Shown here piece by piece: positions 41,766-49,987 of a stretch of 64,000 nt of DNA. The position numbers were made by a program, and so were the translations under genes. The notes under the pieces were generated by a model. That model saw only the letters and a program-made list of their open reading frames with translations. It made no database searches and had not been told where the DNA came from. The stretch comes from Nitrospirota bacterium (GTDB lineage: Bacteria > Nitrospirota > Thermodesulfovibrionia > Thermodesulfovibrionales > JdFR-88): NCBI GenBank assembly GCA_021789215.1, contig JAJYJS010000006.1, positions 25,875-89,874 on the forward strand, read 5' to 3'. Position 1 is the stretch's first letter, and each line of letters opens with the position of its first letter.

Positions 41766-41935
41766 GTTTTTTCCCTCAGCCCGCAGGCCGGAACCGGCCC
41801 CCCCTCGCGCGGGTTTCTTTCTTAATAAATTCTAAAAGATATGCGGTTTCGCAGCACTACCGTGATGCAGCGAACGCCTGAACGGCCATTACCGAGGCCG
41901 AACCGTGGCCGAAGTTCTTTTTCGGGCCGACCGTA

Positions 41936-41965
41936 ATTATACTTTTTGCACTTTTTAAATTGCAA
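41936..41965 (-). promoter_or_regulatory. Candidate sigma70 promoter for the ClC gene
   Basis: The minus strand reads TTGCAA-N18-TATAAT, with a perfect -10. It would give a leader of about 160 nt. Confidence 0.45.
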
Positions 41966-42116
41966 CAGGGTTGAGGGCAAGTGTCTTTCACTGCGCACAC
42001 TGCGCATTTTTTCTCGAGGAATGAAAAGTTTTTTGCCGGAAGCGCCATGCAAGGGTAAAAAACCCCTTTGAAATGGGCAGGACGAAGAAAATCCGGATCG
42101 CATTAGACAATAAGAC

Positions 42117-42142
42117 AAAACAGGGCAGAGCAAGCCCTGCCC
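42117..42142 (-). terminator. Rho-independent terminator after bfr
   Basis: CAGGGC-AGAGCAA-GCCCTG hairpin followed on the minus strand by TTTTGTCTTATT. Confidence 0.6.
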
Positions 42143-42207
42143 TTGATGAGGCCGCATGCCGCGATTTTCAGCCCCTTGCGGCCAGAAGCGATTTTGAGGG
42201 ACAGGTC

Positions 42208-42627
42208 CTAATCGGCCTCAAGCAGGGTCGTGAACTTGTTATGGTGGTCTTCCTCCTGGCTCAGGATGCCCTCGAAAAGGGTCCTGGTGGTCACGTCGCC
42301 CTCGCCGTCGGCCTTTTTTATTATCCTCTTATAGAGTCCAATCGCGTCTTCTTCGGCCTTTTTGTCGAGCGTGAGCATGTCCTTGATGTGCTCGCCAACG
42401 GTAATGGCGGTGGGCTTCGTCGTCGGCACCCCGCCCAGGTAATCAAGCCTGTCGGCAATCGCCTCGGCGTGTTTCATCTCGGCCACGGCGATCTCCTTGA
42501 AGACCTTCCCGACCGGTTCGGAGTTCACCCCCCTTGCCACCACGTGCTGCCACATGTACTGGATGCCTACCTGCAACTCGTTGGCTATAGCCTCGTTCAG
42601 CATGTCAAGAAGCTCTTTGCTTGCCAT
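42208..42627 (-). CDS. bfr: Bacterioferritin-like ferritin-family protein
   Basis: 139 aa with di-iron ligand pattern NEAIANELQ...EMKHAEA...EEDH. Met in AEMKHAE is at the heme-ligand position. Confidence 0.8.
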   Translation of the reverse strand: MASKELLDMLNEAIANELQVGIQYMWQHVVARGVNSEPVGKVFKEIAVAEMKHAEAIADRLDYLGGVPTTKPTAITVGEHIKDMLTLDKKAEEDAIGLYKRIIKKADGEGDVTTRTLFEGILSQEEDHHNKFTTLLEAD

Positions 42628-42746
42628 TTTCGTGATTTGTCCTCCCTTTTTCTTTTTAAGTCAATTTTATTTGAGTCTGCGGGCTTGTCAAGATGGTTTT
42701 TTTTGATGCACGAAAGACGGAGGGCTTGAAAATACCCCCATGGTAG

Positions 42747-42929
42747 TGTATTGTAATCTGGCAAACGCTGTCAATTTCGCGGGACCCGGACGACGGCAAT
42801 ATCCTGGCATGTGCCCTTGCGGCGAAGGCGGACTATATTGTCACGGGGGATGCCGGGGTGCTTGAAATCGGAAGTTTCCAGGGAATAAAAATAGTTTCTC
42901 CCAGGGATTTTGAACTGCTGTTCGTTTAA
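42747..42929 (+). pseudogene. Remnant (C-terminal ~50 aa) of a PIN-domain toxin
   Basis: The plus-strand frame reads ...ISRDPDDGNILACALAAKADYIVTGDAGVLEIGSFQGIKIVSPRDFELLFV*. This is the classic C-terminus of TIGR00305-type PIN toxins. The frame is closed by TAG at 42744 and has no start, so it is absent from the ORF track. Confidence 0.7.
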
Positions 42930-43016
42930 AACCCGCTTCTCCACTTGAATTGATTCCATAATTATGGTACATTCTTTACATTAAATTTTTAGATTACCTG
43001 GAAAGGAGGAATTGGG

Positions 43017-43352
43017 ATGAAGAAAGCCGCGATTTTGATGTTTGCCTTTATCTTTGCCTTATCGATTGCAGCCATGGCCATTGCCGCCGACAAGACGGTA
43101 AAGGGCACTATCAGGGGTGTGAACGTAAAGGCCGGAAAGATAACCTTCTGTCCTGAAGGCAGCACCAAGAATGAGGTCTTCAAGGTCGAGAAGCACGTGA
43201 ACCTGAAGGCCGTCAAGGCCAACGAAAAGGCAGAACTGGTCCTCACTCCCAAGAATGAAGTGAAGGAGATCAAGGCTGTCACGGAAGCCGCTCCTGCCGC
43301 GCCTGCCGCAAAGCCGGCGCCTAAGAAGAGGAAAATGATCGAGGGCTGCTAG
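43017..43352 (+). CDS. Small secreted protein (signal peptide, Lys-rich, Ala/Pro tail, C-terminal Cys)
   Basis: MKKAAILMFAFIFALSIAAMAIA-ADK, with GGAAAGGAGG upstream and a strong terminator downstream. Confidence 0.7.
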   Translation: MKKAAILMFAFIFALSIAAMAIAADKTVKGTIRGVNVKAGKITFCPEGSTKNEVFKVEKHVNLKAVKANEKAELVLTPKNEVKEIKAVTEAAPAAPAAKPAPKKRKMIEGC

Positions 43353-43376
43353 CAGCAAATTTTTTTACCTCATGCG

Positions 43377-43405
43377 ACGCCGGGTCCTCCGACCCGGCGT
43401 TTTTC
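43377..43405 (+). terminator. Rho-independent terminator
   Basis: 10-bp stem ACGCCGGGTC-CTCC-GACCCGGCGT followed by TTTTC. Confidence 0.8.
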
Positions 43406-43553
43406 ATTTCCGGCACTCTGCAATGCAGGGGGAAAAAACCATCTTCCCTCTCCCCGCGTCTTTTGATACAATCTTTGGGCGGGAAAAAACACTAAAATCC
43501 CTTTCAGTCGGGAGGGCTGGACAATCAAACCCGGAAACCGGTACTGTTTTGTC

Positions 43554-45275
43554 TTGCTTTTAAAGGGGGCGTATGCCGGCCGGCTGCACCTGGCGGTCCT
43601 GGCGTTCGCGCTCCTGTATGCGGCAACGCTCGCAAGCCTCTCCCTCAGGCAGCACCATGCCTTCCTCACGCAGATGTGCGACCTGGGCAACGCCGACCAG
43701 GCCGTCTGGTCCGCCGCCAACAACGACTGGGAAATGCCCCAGACAAATACGGCCGACGGCGTACCGAGGAGCCGTCTCGCGGTGCATTTCAACCTCATTT
43801 TCCTGCCGGTCTCGCTCCTCTACCGCCTGTTCCCAAGGCCGGAGTCCCTTATCCTGCTGAACACCATCGCCTGCGTCCTGGCCGGGCTCGGCCTTTATGC
43901 CTTTGCACGGAACAGGCTGGGCGGCTCCGCATGGGCGCTGGTGGCGCCGCTTGCGTTCTGGGCAAGCCCCGTGGTGCATGACGCGAACCTGTTCGACTTC
44001 CATGAGATAACCATCACCACGGCGCTCATCGTGTGGATGGCATGGGCGTTCGATACCGGACGCCGCCGCGCGGGCTGGGTGCTGCTCGTCCTTGCCCTCG
44101 CGTGCAAGGAGGACGTCCCCCTCGTCACATTCATGTACGGCGTTTATCTCTTCCTTTCGGGCAGGGAAAACCGCCGCACCGGGGCGGCGATATGCATCCT
44201 GAGCATAAGCTGGTTTGTCCTGCTCCTGAGTATCGTGCCCCTGATCAGCGGCGGCATGACCTTGGAAAAACTTGGCGCGGGCGAACGCTTCGGCTGGCTC
44301 GGAAACGGCCCGGCTGACATATTGAAGAACATCCTGCTTTCGCCAGACAGGGTGCTGCGGCATATCTTCAGGCCGGACCATATACGGATAGCCCTGTACC
44401 TGATGCTGGCTGGCGGCATCGCGGCCATTCGCCAGTGGCGCATGCTCCTGCTCATAATCCCGCCGCTTGCCGTCGCCCTGCTTTCATACGACAGCTGGAT
44501 GACCAGGATTACAAGCACGTATTACTGGATTACTTCGGAGGCCGTCATCATAATGGCCTGCGTGCTGGCCTGCGGGAGGGCCGGAACCGGGCCAGTCCGG
44601 GGCAGGGGCCCGCTTTTATACCTTGGGCTTGCGACACTCATCGCAAGCATTGTGCTCACCCCGCTTCCCTACGGCGTGTTCGCAAGCGCGGCGGATTTCC
44701 CGTCAGTGTCCGAAACGGCCGATATTACGGTGATAAAAGACCTCCTTCCGCCGGACGCCCCTCTTTCCGTGCAGAACAACCTGGGGCCGCACTTTTCCCA
44801 GAGGCCGGAGGTCGCGTATTTCCCGGTAAACGAGAAAAAGGCGGATTACGTCCTGCTGCACCTCCGGTACCTGGGCGGCCCGGACGCGGGCTTTTCCGCC
44901 CACACCGACCCGCAAATGCTCTTTGCGTTAAGCCCGCCCCGTCTGTATGAAAGCGCCAAACGGCTTCTCACCAGCCCGCAATGGTGCCTGGAATACCAGA
45001 ATGACGGTTTTTACCTGTTCCGGCGCTCCGCCAGAGCGGCAGCGGGCGGCGCGGAGGCCAAAAAAATCGCCCACCTGGAGCGGGACTACCTCGTATTGCT
45101 AAACCAGTGCCAGAGGGGAGCGGGAAGGAGCACCCTGGCCAACCTGGCCACCGGGGACGTAAAAAGCTGGGGCCACGCGATAGGAAAAATGATGGAACGG
45201 CTCCGGAGGCCCGCCGTTTCCGGGCGGTTTGAGCAGCCCCAGGCAGACCTGCGGGCGCCGGACCGCTCCCGGTAA
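43554..45275 (+). CDS. DUF2079-family polytopic membrane protein (putative glycosyl/arabinosyl-transferase-like)
   Basis: The N-terminal pattern LSLRQHHAFLTQMCDLGNADQAVW...HFNLIFLPVSLLYRLFP is typical of DUF2079. The non-ATG start is uncertain. Confidence 0.7.
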   Translation: MLLKGAYAGRLHLAVLAFALLYAATLASLSLRQHHAFLTQMCDLGNADQAVWSAANNDWEMPQTNTADGVPRSRLAVHFNLIFLPVSLLYRLFPRPESLILLNTIACVLAGLGLYAFARNRLGGSAWALVAPLAFWASPVVHDANLFDFHEITITTALIVWMAWAFDTGRRRAGWVLLVLALACKEDVPLVTFMYGVYLFLSGRENRRTGAAICILSISWFVLLLSIVPLISGGMTLEKLGAGERFGWLGNGPADILKNILLSPDRVLRHIFRPDHIRIALYLMLAGGIAAIRQWRMLLLIIPPLAVALLSYDSWMTRITSTYYWITSEAVIIMACVLACGRAGTGPVRGRGPLLYLGLATLIASIVLTPLPYGVFASAADFPSVSETADITVIKDLLPPDAPLSVQNNLGPHFSQRPEVAYFPVNEKKADYVLLHLRYLGGPDAGFSAHTDPQMLFALSPPRLYESAKRLLTSPQWCLEYQNDGFYLFRRSARAAAGGAEAKKIAHLERDYLVLLNQCQRGAGRSTLANLATGDVKSWGHAIGKMMERLRRPAVSGRFEQPQADLRAPDRSR

Positions 45276-45340
45276 AAAATGCGGCCTTGTCTGATATCTC
45301 TTAACCTTCATGCAAGTATCTGTTATAATTTTACTTCCTG

Positions 45341-46900
45341 ATGAAAAAAAGGATTCTGATAAACGCCAAGTACCCGGAGGAAAAACGGGTTGCCATAGTC
45401 GAGGCGGACCGCCTCGTGGATTTCTACGTGGAGGTCGCCACAAAGGAACACCTCAAGGGCAACATCTATAAGGGCGCGGTGGCAAGGGTGGAGCCCTCGC
45501 TCCAGGCCGCCTTCGTCGATTTCGGCCCGAAAAAACACGGTTTTCTCCAGATACGGGAGCTAACGCCAAACCATTTCCCGGAGAGTACGAAAGGGAAAAA
45601 GAAGCGGATACAGGACATCCTCCAGAAGGGCCAGGAGCTTATCGTACAGGTAGAAAAGGATGAAAGGGACACCAAGGGGGCAAGCCTTACGACCTACATC
45701 TCCCTGCCCGGCAGGTACGTTGTGATGATGCCGGGGGAGGAACGGGTCGGGATATCCCGAAAGATAGAGGACAAGAACGACAGGCAGAGGCTCAAGGAGA
45801 TATTCAGCACCCTGGAGCTGCCCCCGAAAATGGGCTTCATCCTCCGCACCGCGGGCATCGACAAGACAGCCGAAGACCTCTCAAACGACCTCAAATACCT
45901 CATGAAGCTCTGGGACAGGATACAGACGGACGCGAAGGAGGCCCCGGCCCCGGCCCTCATCTACAAGGAGCACGACATCGCCGTGAGGACAGTGAGGGAC
46001 TACCTGACCTCAGATGTGAGCGAGGTCCTGGTTGACGACCAGGAGGCGTACCGGAACGTCAAGTCCTTCCTCAGGCGCACAGTGCCCTGGCGGAAGATAA
46101 ACATCAAGTATTACAGGGAAAAAAGGCCCATATTCGACCTCCATAACATAGAAGACCAGATATCGAAGATAAACGACCGGTTCGTGAACCTTCCTTCGAG
46201 GGGCTATCTCGTATTCGACAAGACCGAGGCCCTCACGGCCATAGACGTCAACTCGGGCAGGAGCAGGAAGGAAAAGAACGTGGAGCAGACCGCGCTTGCC
46301 ACCAACCTTGAGGCCGCGGACGAGGCGGCCAGACAGCTCCGGCTTAGGGACATCGGCGGGCTCGTGGTAATAGACTTCATCGACATGGAGTCCTCCAAGA
46401 ACCGCAGGGAGGTCGAGGCGCGGCTCAAGGCCGCCCTGAGCGCGGACAAGGCCCACACGGACATCACCGGCATATCGAGGTTCGGCATCATCGAGATGAC
46501 GAGGGAGCGGATGCGGACCGCCTATTTCGAGTCGATATACCGGAAATGCGCGGCCTGCGACGGGGCCGGGGTGGTCAGGACTGAAGACACTCTCGCCCTT
46601 GCGGCCTTCAGGGACATACACCTGAAGGCGTCAAAAGGCGGCCTGAAGGGCATCACATGCCACCTGCCCGTGGCGTGCGCAAACCAGCTGGCCAACTTAA
46701 AGAGAGACGAACTCATCAAGATGGAAAAGGCATTCAAGCTGAAGATAAGCATCATTGGAGACCCCGGCGTCCCTCAGGGGCAATTCGTGATGGACCTCGA
46801 AAAGGCGGAGCCGGAGCCGCCAAAACCCCAGCACCAGAAACAGGAACCGCAGCAGCCCCAGCCGGAACACCCGGAAAACAAGACCACTGAAAAAAGCTAG
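45341..46900 (+). CDS. rng: Ribonuclease G/E family endoribonuclease
   Basis: S1 domain (GNIYKGAVARVEPSLQAAFVDFG), catalytic region ...ALTAIDVNSGR..., and a C-terminal Pro/Gln/Glu-rich tail. Confidence 0.9.
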   Translation: MKKRILINAKYPEEKRVAIVEADRLVDFYVEVATKEHLKGNIYKGAVARVEPSLQAAFVDFGPKKHGFLQIRELTPNHFPESTKGKKKRIQDILQKGQELIVQVEKDERDTKGASLTTYISLPGRYVVMMPGEERVGISRKIEDKNDRQRLKEIFSTLELPPKMGFILRTAGIDKTAEDLSNDLKYLMKLWDRIQTDAKEAPAPALIYKEHDIAVRTVRDYLTSDVSEVLVDDQEAYRNVKSFLRRTVPWRKINIKYYREKRPIFDLHNIEDQISKINDRFVNLPSRGYLVFDKTEALTAIDVNSGRSRKEKNVEQTALATNLEAADEAARQLRLRDIGGLVVIDFIDMESSKNRREVEARLKAALSADKAHTDITGISRFGIIEMTRERMRTAYFESIYRKCAACDGAGVVRTEDTLALAAFRDIHLKASKGGLKGITCHLPVACANQLANLKRDELIKMEKAFKLKISIIGDPGVPQGQFVMDLEKAEPEPPKPQHQKQEPQQPQPEHPENKTTEKS

Positions 46901-46957
46901 CAGGACGCTGAAAAACTGTTTTGGCTTTACCGGGTATCCAGTGGGTCCCCAAAAGCC

Positions 46958-46983
46958 GTCATACCGGCAAAAGCCGGTATGAC
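46958..46983. repeat. Palindromic repeat, hairpin type, perfect copy
   Basis: GTCATACCGGC-AAAA-GCCGGTATGAC with an 11-bp stem. A half copy, TACCGGGTATCCAGTGG, lies 20 nt upstream. Confidence 0.9.
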
Positions 46984-47128
46984 TTACAAAAAAAACCTCT
47001 GCACGCAAAAGGTGGCACTCGAACCTGATTACCACTGGTTTGACAACAAGCGCCCATCGTATAACATTTAATCAGGAGATGTAATCAGAGGCGGGTGTTA
47101 TATTTTCACCCCGCGGAAGGAGGCCAAG

Positions 47129-47644
47129 ATGAAGGTTCTGATCCTTAGTGATGACGGTTTTGAGGACCTTGAACTGATGGTCCCGTACTACAGGTTCAAG
47201 GAAGAGGGTTTCCAGGTGGACATCGCCTCTAAAAAGAGGGGCAAGATAGAGGGCAAGCACGATTACAAGCTGGAGGCTAACAAGAGCTACGAGGAGATAA
47301 ACCCGGACGACTACGACATGCTGTTCCTGCCGGGCGGCAAGGCCCCGGCCAAGGTGCGGAAGTCCGACGAGGCCCTCTCGATAGCAAAACATTTCATAGA
47401 GAAGGAAAAACCCGTGGCCGCCATCTGCCACGGCCCGCAGATACTCATCAGCGCCGGGGTGGTCAGGAACAGGCACATGACCTGCTGGCCGGAGGTGGCC
47501 AAGGAGCTGAAGGAGGCCGGGGCGATTTACGAGGACAAGGATGTCATCGTGGACGGCAACCTGGTGACATCAAGGATGCCGGACGACCTTCCGGCATTCA
47601 CCACCGAGGTCCTTAAGAAGGCCAAGGCCGGAGCGGCCGTCTGA
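47129..47644 (+). CDS. pfpI: DJ-1/PfpI-family intracellular protease/glyoxalase
   Basis: 171 aa with nucleophile elbow AICHGPQIL and GGAAGGAGG upstream. Confidence 0.9.
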   Translation: MKVLILSDDGFEDLELMVPYYRFKEEGFQVDIASKKRGKIEGKHDYKLEANKSYEEINPDDYDMLFLPGGKAPAKVRKSDEALSIAKHFIEKEKPVAAICHGPQILISAGVVRNRHMTCWPEVAKELKEAGAIYEDKDVIVDGNLVTSRMPDDLPAFTTEVLKKAKAGAAV

Positions 47645-47657
47645 AAAAACATCAAAA

Positions 47658-47681
47658 GCCCCGCGGCAAAGGCCGCGGGGC
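47658..47681. terminator. Bidirectional terminator between the convergent pfpI and CBS genes
   Basis: 10-bp stem GCCCCGCGGC-AAAG-GCCGCGGGGC. Confidence 0.7.
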
Positions 47682-47688
47682 CTTATGC

Positions 47689-48090
47689 TTACATGTAGGT
47701 CACGAATTCCGGTTCTATGTAGGCCCTCAGGATGTCGCACCGTGCGATGATGCCCGCAAGCTGTCCCTCATCGGTAACAGGAAGCCTGATGATATTGTGC
47801 TCCGTCATTATCTTCAGGACCTCTTCGACCGGGGTGTTCAAGTCCACTGTCATGGGGGCCTTCGACATTACGTCCGCCGCCGTCAGTTTCACCAGTTCCT
47901 TCCCTTCGCGTATCTGCTTCAGGAGGTCGAATTCCGTGACAACGCCTATGACCTTGCCCGTGTCATCGGTGACCGGCATCCCGCTGTACAGGCCCGAAAG
48001 TATCTGCATGGCTATGTCCCTGGCCGATGCGTTCTGCCTTGCGGAGACGACCGGCCTCGTCATTACGTCCCTTGCCTTAAGGTCTGCCAT
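47689..48090 (-). CDS. CBS-domain pair protein
   Basis: 133 aa with two CBS repeats (VMTRPVVSAR..., VMSKAPMTVD...IIRLPV). Confidence 0.85.
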   Translation of the reverse strand: MADLKARDVMTRPVVSARQNASARDIAMQILSGLYSGMPVTDDTGKVIGVVTEFDLLKQIREGKELVKLTAADVMSKAPMTVDLNTPVEEVLKIMTEHNIIRLPVTDEGQLAGIIARCDILRAYIEPEFVTYM

Positions 48091-48126
48091 ATGGCACCTC
48101 CTTTTTCGTTAAAGACAATACGCCGT

Positions 48127-48603
48127 TTATCTCCCCATATGCCCTCTTCCACGTTCCATAGGCCCTCTTTCATGTTCCTCGCGCTCATGCCTGTCCCAGT
48201 ACCTGTCCCTTTCCCATGTCCTCCAATCCCTTCTCAGCTGCCAGTAAGGTATGCGCAGATGGCCCGGGGGCGGCAGATGGCGGAAGTCCGGCGGGAGCCC
48301 GGCGAACACGCCGGGGGGCCGCCGGATATGGGCCCACGGCCCGTTATAGAAGTGCGCCCTGAACCACCAGCCCCGGTAGGGGCGGTACCAGTAGCCGTGG
48401 TAAAAAAATATGTCCGCCTCTATGCCGGGAACGAAGTAGACGTAGTACGTCCCGGGTATCAGGACCACCACCGGCGGGGCGGAAAACACGTAGGGTGGAG
48501 GCGGGGAAACCCTCACATATGTCTGCCCGGCATTGGCCGTGCCCGCCAAGAGCAGGAAAAGGAAAAAGGCGGCCGCAAACAGGTACAGTCTCCTTATCTT
48601 CAT
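48127..48603 (-). CDS. Secreted Tyr/Trp/Arg/Pro-rich protein of unknown function
   Basis: Signal peptide MKIRRLYLFAAAFFLFLLLAGTANA, then PPPPYVF...YHGYWYRPYRGWWFRAHFYNGPW...RDWRTWERDRYWDRHE. Confidence 0.6.
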   Translation of the reverse strand: MKIRRLYLFAAAFFLFLLLAGTANAGQTYVRVSPPPPYVFSAPPVVVLIPGTYYVYFVPGIEADIFFYHGYWYRPYRGWWFRAHFYNGPWAHIRRPPGVFAGLPPDFRHLPPPGHLRIPYWQLRRDWRTWERDRYWDRHEREEHERGPMERGRGHMGR

Positions 48604-48754
48604 GGGAAAACCTCTCCTTTCAAATCAATGGACTGCTTCTGATTAAATGATATCACCTTGGCACAGGCGTGGCTAATCGGAGGGGGCCTTATGGGAAGCT
48701 ATTGACGGGAAAGTCCTTGATTGACGCGGCCCTGGTTGCCCATGTGGTCCGGAG

Positions 48755-49822
48755 CTATATCGGGCGGGAGTCTTCCGGATGATTTTCTTCCTGGAACCGC
48801 CCATGCGGCGCAAAGAAATAAAAATCCTTTCCGGCTTTTTTAATCCCCGCGGCCGCAAGCAGGGCCAGTATCAAAAGACCGGCGGCAACCAGAAAAATCC
48901 ACTTCCCGCGCCCTGCCCCGGCCTGGGCGGCCTCACCGGGAAAAACATCCTGCCCGGCTTTCCCGGCCATTTCCCTGGAGCGCTTCAGTTCCACGTAAAG
49001 CACATAGACATAGGCCGCCATGAAGGGCGTGAAAAGGAGCGAAAGCACAGAGCCAAGCAGCGGGATGAGCCCGAAGAAGAAGGAAACGGCCCATACGGCA
49101 AGGAGCCTCCAGAAAACCATCCACCACCTGCCCTTTACCTGTCTTCTGCTTTCAAGGAGTGCTGCCAGCCCCTTCGCCTCCCCCCCGGCGACCACGAACA
49201 CGGAGAAGGCAAACCATACGAGGAAAACGATCCCCGGAATGATGAAAAATACAAACCCGGCGGTTACAGCCGCGGCGAAAAGGATGCTCACCCACAGATA
49301 AGAAAACAGGCTTTTAAGGGCCTTTCTTACGGCCCCGCTCAGGGTGAGGCCGCTGTCCGACACAAGGATGAGGAGCGTCCAGAAGGAAAGGGTGTAAACA
49401 AACGCGCCCACAAGCGCTCCGGGCGCCACAAGCATGGCCCCGCCAAGCGGGAAAGAACCCTCGTTGGGCCAGGAGTCCAGCCCGGCCGCGAAGACCAGGG
49501 CAGCCGTAATCCCGGCAATCACAAGGAGCGGCAGGAGCGTAAGGAAAAAAAGCAGGAGAAAATCAGGGAACCTTTCCCTGTATATCCTCCATGCCCCGCC
49601 GAAAAGGGCGTTTATATGGGCATGATTATGCCCTTCGGGACCACGCCCGGAATCCGGGGGCCGGGCTTCCGTTTCCTCCGGCCCGGGCCGGGACTGGCCC
49701 CCGGCGCCTTCCTGCCCTCCCCGGAGGCACTTGCGGATTTCCACTCCGCAGGCGGGACAGAAGGTGTTTACCTCGGGCTGCTCAAGTCCGCACTCGGGGC
49801 ATAACATCCTGCCCTCTCCCAT
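48755..49822 (-). CDS. Zinc-ribbon plus polytopic membrane protein (paralog A)
   Basis: N-terminal CPECG...CPACG zinc ribbon followed by a multi-TM domain. It shares ESRRQVKGRWWMVFWRLLAVW...LYVELK with paralog B. Confidence 0.65.
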   Translation of the reverse strand: MGEGRMLCPECGLEQPEVNTFCPACGVEIRKCLRGGQEGAGGQSRPGPEETEARPPDSGRGPEGHNHAHINALFGGAWRIYRERFPDFLLLFFLTLLPLLVIAGITAALVFAAGLDSWPNEGSFPLGGAMLVAPGALVGAFVYTLSFWTLLILVSDSGLTLSGAVRKALKSLFSYLWVSILFAAAVTAGFVFFIIPGIVFLVWFAFSVFVVAGGEAKGLAALLESRRQVKGRWWMVFWRLLAVWAVSFFFGLIPLLGSVLSLLFTPFMAAYVYVLYVELKRSREMAGKAGQDVFPGEAAQAGAGRGKWIFLVAAGLLILALLAAAGIKKAGKDFYFFAPHGRFQEENHPEDSRPI

Positions 49823-49878
49823 CAGTCTCCTCCCTGTTAAGTTTTTTCCCGGCTAGCGGTGTCCCGTAAATTTACATC

Positions 49879-49963
49879 ATAAGTCATTGCGAGGGACAAG
49901 GCCCCGGAGCAATCTCACGGCCGGGTTCTTCGCTTCGCTCTGAATGACTTATTGATGACTTAT
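49879..49963. repeat. Palindromic repeat, long type, with extended ATAAGTCAT / ATGACTTAT termini and duplicated right end
   Basis: ATAAGTCATTGCGAGGGACAAGG...CTTCGCTTCGCTCTGAATGACTTATTGATGACTTAT. It is related to 31369..31442. Confidence 0.8.
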
Positions 49964-49987
49964 TAAGGTCATTTGTGAGACTCCACA

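Noticed and set aside
41766-41935. A possible fluoride (crcB-motif) riboswitch in the ClC leader.
   Set aside because: I read the leader on the minus strand. The characteristic GGCGAUG...AAACUGCC...CUGAUG arrangement, with a pseudoknot-forming loop, is not present. Only a partial GAAACCGC was found. An Rfam scan would settle it.
42771-42959. A 62-aa minus-strand ORF.
   Set aside because: The opposite strand encodes a clearly recognisable PIN-toxin C-terminus, so this ORF is its shadow.
46990-47070. A GGTTCGAGTGCC string on the minus strand as a possible tRNA T-arm or tRNA fragment.
   Set aside because: The flanking bases do not form a T-stem or acceptor stem, and no cloverleaf can be drawn.
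48659-48674. A good sigma54-like motif TGGCACAGGCGTGGCT on the plus strand.
   Set aside because: It points into the 3' end of a minus-strand gene. It is followed only by a 4-codon mini-ORF, and no plus-strand gene lies downstream. It is probably fortuitous; an antisense or small RNA cannot be excluded without RNA-seq.
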